This document shows positions 37,193-46,500 of a DNA stretch of 64,000 nucleotides, piece by piece. The stretch's first letter is position 1. Every line of letters begins with the position of its first letter. The DNA comes from an uncultured Pirellulales bacterium (GTDB lineage: Bacteria > Planctomycetota > Phycisphaerae > Sedimentisphaerales > Anaerobacaceae). The stretch is taken from positions 546-64,545 of the forward strand of contig CAZFLY010000001.1 in the NCBI GenBank assembly GCA_964519995.1, read 5' to 3'. The notes under the pieces were generated by a model. That model was given only the letters and a program-made list of their open reading frames with translations, was not told where the DNA came from and made no database searches. The translations under genes were made by a program, and so were the position numbers.

Positions 37193-37297
37193 AAACGAAA
37201 GCAGAATCCAGAATTTAGAATTCTGACTTCTAAAGTCATCGTTTTGCAGTATAATTTCGATATCATCTTTTTACAAATTGAATTATGGAAGCTGTTT

Positions 37298-38200
37298 ATG
37301 GCACCGGCTGAAAAAGTAGATTCCGACTTTGATATACTGTTGCGCCGCAAAGCACAGTTTATTAACGAGATTCTCAAGCAACTTCTCAACTACCAACAAA
37401 TTGATAACGACTTAAAAGAGGTGATACGCTACAGTCTTTTTGCGCCTGGTAAACGCATTCGCTCGGTGTTGGTTCTATGGTGTTGTGAGCTTGTCAGTGG
37501 AAGTCTGAATCGCGATGCTGAGATTGCAGCAGCAGCTATTGAGATGTTGCACACGTATTCGCTTGTGCACGATGACTTGCCAGCGATGGACAATGACGAC
37601 ATGCGACGCGGCCAGCCCACCTGTCATAAGGCCTTTGATGAGGCAGCGGCCATTTTGGCTGGAGATGCGCTTCTGACCTTGGCATTTGAGCTTCTGGCAA
37701 AAGAGATACATGAACCGACCACTGCCGTTAGGTTAATCACACAATTGGCAGAATCCGCTGGGTCCAATGGTATGATCGCAGGCCAAATGGCCGATCTGAA
37801 GGCTGAAAAGACGGCTGGCAGCATCGAAATTATAGAATATATTCATCTTAACAAAACAGCTAAGATGTTTCGATGTGCAGCGATAATGGGAGCTATCTGC
37901 GGGGGAGCGGACAATAAGCAGTTACAGTGCTTGGGCGAGTATGGGCTGAAACTGGGATTGGGCTTTCAGATAGCTGATGACGTTCTTGATGTAAATACGT
38001 CGAGTGAGGAATTGGGCAAAACCGCCGGCAAAGACGCCAGGGCTGGCAAGGTAACATATCCAGCTTTGCTTGGAATAGAGCAATCAAAGCAAGTCGCAGA
38101 GAAATTTGCCCGTGAAGCGGTTGCCGCATTGGAGCCGTTCGGCAAAAAGGCTGACACATTACGTCATTTGGCTATGCAGCTTTTACACAGGAAAAAATAA
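37298..38200 (+). CDS. ispA: (E)-polyprenyl (farnesyl/geranylgeranyl) diphosphate synthase
   Basis: LVHDDLPAMDNDDMRRG (FARM) and GFQIADDVLD (SARM). ATG at 37298 preferred over 37244. Confidence 0.85.
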   Translation: MAPAEKVDSDFDILLRRKAQFINEILKQLLNYQQIDNDLKEVIRYSLFAPGKRIRSVLVLWCCELVSGSLNRDAEIAAAAIEMLHTYSLVHDDLPAMDNDDMRRGQPTCHKAFDEAAAILAGDALLTLAFELLAKEIHEPTTAVRLITQLAESAGSNGMIAGQMADLKAEKTAGSIEIIEYIHLNKTAKMFRCAAIMGAICGGADNKQLQCLGEYGLKLGLGFQIADDVLDVNTSSEELGKTAGKDARAGKVTYPALLGIEQSKQVAEKFAREAVAALEPFGKKADTLRHLAMQLLHRKK

Positions 38201-38481
38201 CTCATACACACAGCATAGAGCTAAATACACAGTACCTACTATACAACATCAGGAACATATATTTACTTATTCCAGTCCCTAAAACGCCCATATCAGTACT
38301 GAGAATCCGTGTTATTGCCTTACAGCCCACGCTACTGAGGGAAGATTTCCATGGGTAAGCGGCCAAGCGACTAAAATGGATTACCAAACAGCAGGAGGTT
38401 GTCTGAGCGGTGATTTTATTAAGGAGGAAAACTGGCCCAAGCCGATAGAATAGAGTGTAGAAACGTCTTGGGGGATGAAGT

Positions 38482-38676
38482 ATGAAAACATGGAAGTTTG
38501 TCGCCGAAGTACTGTGTGTTATATATGCCGCGTTACTTCTTAGCGAGGCAGTTTATTCTATCGGTGAATTCAGGTTCAGGCCTATAGAACGGAAATCTCT
38601 TCTAAAGAGATTCAATTCACCGAGTCACATCCGTCCGCCGCCTTTGGTCTCTGGGAGTCACAGCACTCCTTCGTAG
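38482..38676 (+). CDS. doubtful 64-aa ORF (alternatively part of a structured RNA)
   Basis: GGGGGA Shine-Dalgarno-like sequence before the ATG and a hydrophobic N-terminus. However the ORF body contains a long nested inverted repeat (CGGTGAATT..AATCTCTT-cta-AAGAGATT..AATTCACCG). Confidence 0.25.
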   Translation: MKTWKFVAEVLCVIYAALLLSEAVYSIGEFRFRPIERKSLLKRFNSPSHIRPPPLVSGSHSTPS

Positions 38677-38707
38677 TTAACTCGTAATTATAGATTACGA
38701 ACTAAGA

Positions 38708-38737
38708 GGCCATAAGCGTAAAGCTTACGGCCTTTTT
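38708..38737 (+). terminator. intrinsic terminator
   Basis: GGCCATAAGC-gtaaa-GCTTACGGCC (one mismatch) followed by TTTTT. Confidence 0.55.
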
Positions 38738-38852
38738 CATTACGGTGCTTTCTCCTCTTAGGTTGTCAGTAGCACATTTAATATTAAACTGCTATACTAT
38801 GGACCTTAAGATTTGCTCACCTATGAGCTACCTGACGAGAAGCAGTTCGGCT

Positions 38853-38900
38853 CTGCCCGCCGCCCCGCTTTGCGGTGGTGAGAGACAACGCAGGGGCAGG
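38853..38900 (+). repeat. GC-rich hairpin repeat (CTGCCCGCCGCCCCGCTTTGCGG .. AACGCAGGGGCAGG)
   Basis: The 23-nt and 14-nt blocks are identical to the reverse complement of 41973-42011. Confidence 0.8.
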
Positions 38901-38970
38901 AGTTCACTGCCGAAGGGTTGACTGTACCTTTGTTTGAGGGTGTCATATAACATAACTGAAGGTATCATGA

Positions 38971-40935
38971 ATGGCTGGATTGCTTGACAAGGTAAATAGC
39001 CCAGACGATTTGAAAAAGCTCACTGTTTCGCAGCTTGAAACGCTGGCGCAACAGATACGACAGTTCATCGTCGAGTCGGTCAGCAAAACAGGCGGTCATC
39101 TGACCAGTAACTTGGGGGTTGTAGAACTGACCCTGGCACTGCACTATGTGTTCAATTTTAAGCGAGATAAGTTGCTCTGGGATGTCGGTCATCAGTGCTA
39201 CACACATAAAATCATTACCGGCAGAAGAGGTAAATTCCAGCTACTTCGCCAATCCAGCGGTATAAGTGGTTTTCCAAATCCAGCTGAGAGTGAATATGAC
39301 CAGTTCATTGTTGGCCATGCGGGAACATCCATCGCCACTGCGCTTGGAATGGCTCTGGCGGAGGAATTAAAATGGCTGAACTCAGATGTTAAACGTCAAG
39401 AAGCAAAGGGTGCAAGTAAAGAATACAGCGCGGATGCAAACAAAATCGTGGCAGTGGTTGGCGATGCCAGTATTGTCAATGGAAGCAACTTTGAGGCTCT
39501 GAATAATCTCGGACTTATCAAGAGACAACTATTGATCGTGATCAATGATAACTCAATGGCTATCGATGCAACCGTTGGAGCGGTGGCAAAGTATTTTTCC
39601 AGGGCTAGGCTGAGCCAGACCTACGACGATCTGCGTAAGACCACCACCAACATTCTCGATCATGTGCCTGCCGTCGGCAAGACCGTCGAGGAAGCGATTG
39701 AAAGGATAAAAAAGAGCATTCGTATGGTTTGGCCGGCCAGTCAGATGTTCGAGAGCCTCAATATTCCATACTTTGGCCCCGTTGATGGGCACGACCTCGA
39801 ATCGCTTATAAAACTATTCGAGGCGCTGGGCCAGCTAACCCACCCGGCGGTATTGCATGTTTATACTCAGAAGGGCAAGGGTTTTAAGCCGGCTGACGTT
39901 CAGCCTAGTAAATTTCATTCAACCGGTCCGTTCCAGGTCGGTGAGGACAAGGTTGAGCAATTGACCGAAGTTAGCAGGCCGAGTTTTACAAGTGTATTTG
40001 GAAGAAGCCTTACAGAGCTGGCAGAGAAAAATAACAAAATTGTTGCCATAACTTCAGCGATGTGCGATGGCACGGGCTTGGTCGAATTTCGCAAGAAATT
40101 TGCAGGCCGATTTTACGATGTTGGTATTGCCGAAAGCGCCGCCGTGGATATCGCGGCGGGCTTGGCCAAGAATGGCTTAAAGCCTGTAGTCTGTATTTAT
40201 TCGACTTTTTTACAGCGGAGCTTCGATCAGATTTTTCAGGAAGTGGCGTTGCAGAACCTGCCTGTAGTTTTCTGTATTGACAGGGCCGGTGTGGTAGGTC
40301 CAGACGGCCCAACGCACCACGGATTGATGGACATCGGCTTTATGAGGATGTTGCCGAATATGGTGCTGACAGCACCTGCAAATGATATCGAAATGAAACT
40401 ATCGCTGGAATTCGCGCTCTCGGCCGATAGGCCGGTAGTTATCAGATATCCCAAGGACCTTATTCCGTCGAAAATGTTTGTCAGAGCCGCGTGTATCAAG
40501 CCCTTCAAGCTGGGAAAAAGCGTAACCGTCAAAAAAACAAAAGGTTCAGCTATTGTGATTGTCAGTTATGGCTGTGTCTTAACAGAAGCGCTAAAAGCAG
40601 CCAGCAAATTAGCCAAACAGGGCATTGGAGCAGATGTAATCAATGCTCGTTTTGCTGCTCCTGTTGACAGCAGGATTCTCTCTTTACTAGACGCTGGAAA
40701 AAAGATAATAACCATCGAAGACCACCATCTGGCATGTGGATTCGGCTCTGCATTGCTTGAATTGGCCGCGGTTCACCTGGGTCAAATGTCAGCCAGCATA
40801 ATGAGTTCCATTTATCCACTGGGTGCACCAAGCAGATTTATAGGACAGAACTCGCGTGCACGACAGCTTATGGAGGTAGGTATAAATGCCGATGAGATAG
40901 TACGGACAGCCAAGCGGATGTTACAAGGACGATAG
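38971..40935 (+). CDS. dxs: 1-deoxy-D-xylulose-5-phosphate synthase
   Basis: GGHLTSNLGVVELTLALHYVF, GHQCYTHKIITGRR, ThDP-binding VGDASIVNG, transketolase-like C-terminal domains. Confidence 0.95.
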   Translation: MAGLLDKVNSPDDLKKLTVSQLETLAQQIRQFIVESVSKTGGHLTSNLGVVELTLALHYVFNFKRDKLLWDVGHQCYTHKIITGRRGKFQLLRQSSGISGFPNPAESEYDQFIVGHAGTSIATALGMALAEELKWLNSDVKRQEAKGASKEYSADANKIVAVVGDASIVNGSNFEALNNLGLIKRQLLIVINDNSMAIDATVGAVAKYFSRARLSQTYDDLRKTTTNILDHVPAVGKTVEEAIERIKKSIRMVWPASQMFESLNIPYFGPVDGHDLESLIKLFEALGQLTHPAVLHVYTQKGKGFKPADVQPSKFHSTGPFQVGEDKVEQLTEVSRPSFTSVFGRSLTELAEKNNKIVAITSAMCDGTGLVEFRKKFAGRFYDVGIAESAAVDIAAGLAKNGLKPVVCIYSTFLQRSFDQIFQEVALQNLPVVFCIDRAGVVGPDGPTHHGLMDIGFMRMLPNMVLTAPANDIEMKLSLEFALSADRPVVIRYPKDLIPSKMFVRAACIKPFKLGKSVTVKKTKGSAIVIVSYGCVLTEALKAASKLAKQGIGADVINARFAAPVDSRILSLLDAGKKIITIEDHHLACGFGSALLELAAVHLGQMSASIMSSIYPLGAPSRFIGQNSRARQLMEVGINADEIVRTAKRMLQGR

Positions 40936-40945
40936 GAAGTACGAA

Positions 40946-41860
40946 ATGCCGGAAAAAAGGGTAATGTCCAGACTGGTTATTTTTGGCGATCCGAAGAAGG
41001 GACCGGTCGCTGAGGCAATTGATGAGTTTGCGCGCTTCGTTCGAGACAAAGCAGAAGTTGTTGCCAGCGGGGGCGTAGAGGATTGCACGACAGACAGCTT
41101 GAGGAACTGTGACTTTGCTGTAGTGTTCGGTGGTGATGGTAGTATCATCTCGGCAGCCAGGAGCCTCAGTCAGGCCAGCGTACCAGTAATTGGTGTCAAC
41201 CTTGGAAAACTCGGGTTCTTAGCTGAGTTCAGCATTGACGAAATCGAGAAGTTTTTCGACGATATAATTTCGGGCAAAACACCTATAGAAAAACGTATGA
41301 TGCTCGACTGCAGAGCCTTTAAAGACACTGACGAAAAAAACACTCGCACCTGCGGTTACGCGAGTGCAGGCGAGCGTTTTTCCTCGACGGCAGTTAACGA
41401 TGTTTTCATTACAGCTGGCCCGCCTTTCCGGATGATAGAGCTGAAGATATCGGTGAATGGCCAGCACGTCGCCAGTTGCGTAAGTGACGGTTTGATAGTC
41501 GCGACGCCGACCGGCTCGACCGCCTACAATCTTTCAGCCGGTGGGCCGATCCTGGCCGGCCAAATGGAGGCGATGGTCGTAACCCCAATTTGCCCTCATT
41601 CGCTGAGTTTTAGACCTATCGTAATCAGCGCTGACAGCACTATTCAGATACAAGGCGTGCAATTGAACAAAGGAACGACGTTATCGATCGATGGCCAAGT
41701 CTCAATTGGTTTATCGACAGATGACACAGTAGAAGTGGCCAGGCGGAGCAGTAGGTTTTTAATTGTCAGCAATCCACTGCGATCCCGCTGGGAAACACTT
41801 GCCACCAAACTTAGCTGGGCTGAGAAACCGAAATACACAAAGCAGGAGGTTTTACCGTAG
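40946..41860 (+). CDS. nadK: NAD kinase
   Basis: VVFGGDGSIISAAR (GGDG), AVNDVFI, ATPTGSTAYNLSAGGPI. Confidence 0.9.
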   Translation: MPEKRVMSRLVIFGDPKKGPVAEAIDEFARFVRDKAEVVASGGVEDCTTDSLRNCDFAVVFGGDGSIISAARSLSQASVPVIGVNLGKLGFLAEFSIDEIEKFFDDIISGKTPIEKRMMLDCRAFKDTDEKNTRTCGYASAGERFSSTAVNDVFITAGPPFRMIELKISVNGQHVASCVSDGLIVATPTGSTAYNLSAGGPILAGQMEAMVVTPICPHSLSFRPIVISADSTIQIQGVQLNKGTTLSIDGQVSIGLSTDDTVEVARRSSRFLIVSNPLRSRWETLATKLSWAEKPKYTKQEVLP

Positions 41861-41972
41861 GCCGCAAGATGAATGCCTAAGATTGACTGAGGCGGAGAAA
41901 TTGGGAAGCGCGAAACACTATGAGTGATAGGCCATTTGTTACTATCCAAAGACACCTGTGCCTGCGCTACCA

Positions 41973-42011
41973 CCTGCCCCTGCGTTTCCCGCAAAGCGGG
42001 GCGGCGGGCAG
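41973..42011 (-). repeat. GC-rich hairpin repeat, inverted copy
   Basis: CCTGCCCCTGCGTT..CCGCAAAGCGGGGCGGCGGGCAG is the reverse complement of the blocks at 38853-38900, minus an 11-nt insert. Confidence 0.8.
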
Positions 42012-42015
42012 GTGC

Positions 42016-43770
42016 ATGCAATGGTTTATTGCCCGTCTAATTCCTACAGGATGTCATAGCGTGCTAAGACGAATTCTCGCTATAGCTGTGCTATTGTCGT
42101 TAATTCCAGCGGCGACAGTCTGGTCACTACAGAATCCATCTGTCGTTGATCCAATTGGACCGGGCACGGTTCCGCCAAGCACTTTTGAGAGCGGCCTGAT
42201 CCATACTCCCAGCCCTACCGATACCAGCGGTAATTTGATAGTTACGGGCAACGTTCGTGAAGGCAAACATTTTCTTGGTTCGATACCGTATCGCTCTACA
42301 ACAAGTTTCGCAGCACCGTTGGGTTCATCATCACTTGATTCTTTTCTGAGGTATTCAACAGGTTCGGAATACATTGGCCATTACGGCGAAGGATTCATAC
42401 CCTTCTATTCACCTACAGCAACAGTTAGCACGATTTCGCTCGGCTACTACGATAAGATACCAGAACGGGCAACGATGAGAATCAACAGCCGCATCTCACT
42501 CGACTCGGCGGAAGCCTTCGCCGGAGCGGGGGATGTTCTCTTAGACACCACCGGTGGTGCAGATCTGGTATCGGCTGCGCCTCAGCCTGAGGCCATCTCA
42601 AGTCCAGATAGTGTTGCAGGCCAGAACTTGCTTTGGCCAATTCTGCCGGGGCCTATTCGAGCACAGGCTCATGCCCCAGACCAACCTTCCAAAGTTCCGC
42701 GTAGCGAACTGCTAACTGAACAGGAATACCAAAAGCAAATGGACCAACTGCGCCAGGAACTACTGGACATCGGCGACTCGTCTCAGCGGAGGCCTTCGCC
42801 GGAACAGAGGGATGAAAGGTTTAGTCCTGAACAAACCAGCCTGGCTCCGCCAAAGGCTACGCCGGAGGCGAGTCAGTTTGAAACCGGCCTGCTCAAGGAG
42901 CCGTCACATGCTGAAGAGCAGGAAGGAATTGATGCGTTGGACGAGCAGCTCGACTTTGATGCGCAAACCAGGCGTCAAATCGATGCTCTAGAGGCTTTGC
43001 AGGAGCAAGAATACATAGAACCAGAACCAACTAAAACAAAACTACGCGTTTGGGAGCCTGAGTGGTTGGATGCCCTGAAGGACTCACTACCCGGAGCCGA
43101 AGCTGTTGCCGAGCGGAAAGAGCAATCGTACGAGGGTGAATCACATCTTGAAAAGCCGAAATCCGAAGCCGAATTGATTGAGCAGGACTCCGAGCCAACC
43201 GAGTCTGCGTTGCAACAGCTAAGCAGACTTTCAGATGCCGAGATTTCGGCACGGGCCAAACAGATTTTGGGCACACACGAAAACCTCGCCTCGTTCTCGC
43301 ATCATCGCTTCAATCAATACTTCAAAGCCGGGCAGACATATCTGAAGCAGGGCAGGTACCTTCAGGCAGAGAATGCCTTTGCTTTGGCCTCTATGTACAA
43401 ACCGGATAGTCCACTCGCATATGCCGGCAGGAGCCAGGCGCTATTTGCTGTGGGCCAGTATATCAGCAGCGCTTTGTTTCTTACACGAACACTAAAAATC
43501 TATCCACAGTATGCCGAGCTCAAAGTCGACCTTGCCGGCATAATGGGGGGCCAAGATAAGCTCAACAATAGAATAGCCGACGCTCAAGAGTGTTTACAAC
43601 TAAGCGGTGCGGCTGAACTACAGTTTCTGCTTTCATACATCTATCTGCAGTTAAACAAGCTCGATGAGGCAAAACAGGCCATCGACAAGGCCTGCAAACA
43701 GATGTCGGATGTGCCGGCTGTTCAGACCCTCAAAAAGGTCATTGACAAGGCGCTCAGGGGGACTGGTTAA
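42016..43770 (+). CDS. secreted TPR-repeat protein
   Basis: Signal-like MQWFIARL..LRRILAIAVLLSLIPAATVWS, an acidic low-complexity middle and C-terminal TPRs (YFKAGQTYLKQGRYLQAENAF..). The track start at 41920 reads through the repeat. Confidence 0.6.
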   Translation: MQWFIARLIPTGCHSVLRRILAIAVLLSLIPAATVWSLQNPSVVDPIGPGTVPPSTFESGLIHTPSPTDTSGNLIVTGNVREGKHFLGSIPYRSTTSFAAPLGSSSLDSFLRYSTGSEYIGHYGEGFIPFYSPTATVSTISLGYYDKIPERATMRINSRISLDSAEAFAGAGDVLLDTTGGADLVSAAPQPEAISSPDSVAGQNLLWPILPGPIRAQAHAPDQPSKVPRSELLTEQEYQKQMDQLRQELLDIGDSSQRRPSPEQRDERFSPEQTSLAPPKATPEASQFETGLLKEPSHAEEQEGIDALDEQLDFDAQTRRQIDALEALQEQEYIEPEPTKTKLRVWEPEWLDALKDSLPGAEAVAERKEQSYEGESHLEKPKSEAELIEQDSEPTESALQQLSRLSDAEISARAKQILGTHENLASFSHHRFNQYFKAGQTYLKQGRYLQAENAFALASMYKPDSPLAYAGRSQALFAVGQYISSALFLTRTLKIYPQYAELKVDLAGIMGGQDKLNNRIADAQECLQLSGAAELQFLLSYIYLQLNKLDEAKQAIDKACKQMSDVPAVQTLKKVIDKALRGTG

Positions 43771-43918
43771 AAAAAAGCCGGCCATTATCCAGTATCTAAT
43801 GCCGAATCACCAAATAATCTTAACCAGAAAAAATATTTGTATCTTGACTGTTGTTAGACAGGTCCGTGGGTACTTGCATTGTCCGGCCTTGCCACTTGTT
43901 CAGCCAGGCTCATTTCGG

Positions 43919-45427
43919 CTATCGTGAGACGATCTCTTCTATTTCTGCAAGGACTGTTCGGGCTTTAGCCACTTTGTTTCTTCGCCCAGCGCCCTGTTGT
44001 GGGCCAGCGGCGGACCAATTGACATCGGCATTTCGCTTGATCAAGTCCTCGATTTTTTTGCAGGCTGCGAGTACGGTAGCGTGATTTTTGTTACCCATAA
44101 ACCTGCCAATCTCTGATGACGACATCTTAGTGTGCTTTCTGGTAAGGTACATGCTGAAATGCCGAGCCAACGCAAGTGTTTTGTCTTTCCTGGACGAGTG
44201 TATGCTGGCTGGTGTCGTTCCAAAATAAGTGGCCGCGGCTGACTCGATATCGGAGACGTGCACAATTGGATCACATCGTTCCAGGTGCTCGGCCAATACC
44301 GTCTGTGCCATTGAAAGGGTGATTTTTTCGTTCTGCAAAGACGAATAAGCAACCAGTTTTAGTACCGCCCCTTCTAATTCTCGCACGTTGGTGCGCAAGT
44401 TCTCCGCAATGTACCTAATGACACTTTCACAGCTTTGAGTGTTTGCCGTAAGGCATCCTGTGGAGAGTTTCAACTCGTCTCGGCGGAGGCCTTCGCCGTA
44501 GCGGGATAGGAAACGTTTGCAGATTCGGCAGCGGGTCTGAAAGTCCGGACGCTCGATTTTAACGACCATGCCGGAAATGAAACGGTTGACCAGCTTTTCA
44601 GATAGCTGTCCGATCATTTTCGGATGTGCATCGGAAACAAGAACGACCTGCTTACCTGCCAGGTTGATTGTATTGAATGTGTGCAGGAACTCCTCCTGGG
44701 TTGAAGGCTTGCTGGCCAAGAAGTGAATGTCGTCGATTGCCAATAAATCCGTTTGTCGCATTCGGCGCCTGAAGGCCTCCAGCTTTTTCGTTTTTAAGGC
44801 AAGTACAAATTGATTGACAAAATCCTCTGCTGACAGGTATAGCCAATTGGATGTTAGACGTGTTTCGGAGACCGCATTGCATATTCCCTGTAGTAGATGG
44901 GTTTTGCCGATCCCATATCCTCCGTGAATAAAAAGGGGATTGAAAGGACTCTGCTGCTCCCTGACTACCGCTTTTGCGGCGTTGTAGGCCAGCTCGTTGG
45001 ATGGACCCACAACGAATGTATCAAGAGTCAGCCGCAGCCTCTTCTTTGAAAGCGGTTGGACGTACGGGCTTGGGTGCCGCAGACGGCTTTGGGTTTTGCA
45101 GACATGTTGCGCTTGCGAGTCTATTTGCGTTCGCCGCGGATTTTCGCTAAGCCCTGGGTCGATCTCGAAGGTTATCTTGGGATTGGCCCCGGTGGCAGCA
45201 CGAGCCGCACGAGTAATGTCAGTTAGAAAATGTTTTTCTATCCAGTTTGCTATAAAAAGGTTCGGCACACCAACTCTCAGGTATCCGCCCACAAGAGTGA
45301 AACTAGTCGAATTCCTGAACCATATTCTGTACTTCTGCGGACCAACTATTTCAGCAAGAGCCTGATTAATACTATCTATCTGGGCCTGTGCCGTGCGGGA
45401 ACTCTCGTCCGTGATTGTACCGCGCAT
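43919..45427 (-). CDS. dnaA: chromosomal replication initiator DnaA
   Basis: Walker A GGYGIGKTHLL, Walker B LLAIDDIHF, NVRELEGAV, domain IV helix-turn-helix (ALARHFSMYLTRKHT..SSSEIGRFMG..NHATVLAACKKI). Confidence 0.95.
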   Translation of the reverse strand: MRGTITDESSRTAQAQIDSINQALAEIVGPQKYRIWFRNSTSFTLVGGYLRVGVPNLFIANWIEKHFLTDITRAARAATGANPKITFEIDPGLSENPRRTQIDSQAQHVCKTQSRLRHPSPYVQPLSKKRLRLTLDTFVVGPSNELAYNAAKAVVREQQSPFNPLFIHGGYGIGKTHLLQGICNAVSETRLTSNWLYLSAEDFVNQFVLALKTKKLEAFRRRMRQTDLLAIDDIHFLASKPSTQEEFLHTFNTINLAGKQVVLVSDAHPKMIGQLSEKLVNRFISGMVVKIERPDFQTRCRICKRFLSRYGEGLRRDELKLSTGCLTANTQSCESVIRYIAENLRTNVRELEGAVLKLVAYSSLQNEKITLSMAQTVLAEHLERCDPIVHVSDIESAAATYFGTTPASIHSSRKDKTLALARHFSMYLTRKHTKMSSSEIGRFMGNKNHATVLAACKKIEDLIKRNADVNWSAAGPQQGAGRRNKVAKARTVLAEIEEIVSR

Positions 45428-45967
45428 TGATACTCTCCCCTGCTAATTAAGAATTTACTTATCACCATCTTCCAGGAGTCTGTAAATTAAAATTGGCTCT
45501 AGTAGTTACAATTCAAGCATGTTGGCAACTATTATCATGCTGTGGCAAAGCAATTCAATCCCATTTTAGAGAAATTCTTTTCCACTTGATAGAGACTATT
45601 GCTGGAAATAAGTTTGCGCAAGAAAAAAATTTATCTTTAACAGGTTTTGCACAACACAAAGACGCTTTGTGGAAGAGGTGTGGAGTGAACTTGCCCGCCG
45701 CAGCATGTCACGGCTGCCTCTTCAAACGGTGCGCAATGTGGTCGTGCGTTATGGTAAACAACTATTTTCATTTAGGTTTGTTAGTAGCGGTCACGCTTTC
45801 GAAAGAAACTGGCTAAGCGATGTTCCGAGTGGAGAAATGGCACAACAAAGGCAACTTAGTTGAACACCCTGATGCCGACCTATTTAAACTCCTTTTTCAG
45901 CTTCGATTCATCCTAATCTACACTCCCGCACCCAAAACCGGCCGGAAACTTCCAATCGCATTTTTTA

Positions 45968-45995
45968 TTGACGTTCTTCAAAGATTGTCTACAAT
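45968..45995 (+). promoter_or_regulatory. orphan sigma-70-like promoter candidate
   Basis: TTGACG, 16-nt spacer, TACAAT. It is followed by GGGGAGGAG, but no ORF follows. Confidence 0.3.
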
Positions 45996-46318
45996 GTAAG
46001 TGGAATTACGGAATGAGATTATTGGGGAGGAGTTAGTTTCATCATATTTCAGTGGGAGAGTCATTGGTTTTGTGATATGCCCGCCTTAGGTTTTGAATTT
46101 TGATATTTAACTTTAGCTTCTCGGAGGAGCGACGTCTTAATTAGTTCCTACGTGTATGTCCGGATTGCTATCTAAGGCCTTGCTGTAACAAAACTTGCGC
46201 AACATAAATTTTGCCCTTGGTTCTTTCGCAAAATGAATGAAAAGATTGATTGAATAAGGCCTCTGATATGAGCCTCATGCTCTTTTGAAATAAGTATAGC
46301 GTTGAGATGTTAATTTAG

Positions 46319-46495
46319 CAACAATTTTTTGGCTGTTCAGTTAAAGGATTGACCGGTACGTTAGCCAGCGGCGAACCAATCAATAACGATTTCCGTATCG
46401 GGCACTATGGCAGTATTGTTCTAATTCCTGAGCCAGCAACGATTGCATTAATCGGATTAGGCGGTTTGGCAGTGATTAGAAGACGCAGAGCGTAA
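46319..46495 (+). pseudogene. 3' remnant of a PEP-CTERM sorting-domain protein gene
   Basis: The frame reads ..GSIVLIPEPATIALIGLGGLAVIRRRRA*. It opens just after a TAG and has no ATG, signal peptide or body upstream. Confidence 0.6.
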
Positions 46496-46500
46496 ATCAC

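Noticed and set aside
41920-42015. N-terminal 32 codons of the TPR ORF
   Set aside because: The extension is encoded by the GC-rich hairpin repeat. The signal peptide begins at the ATG at 42016.
45493-45863. ORFs 45493..45816 and 45669..45863 in the dnaA upstream region
   Set aside because: They have TTG/weak starts, no SD, Cys/Trp-rich improbable products and overlapping frames. The region is treated as non-coding.
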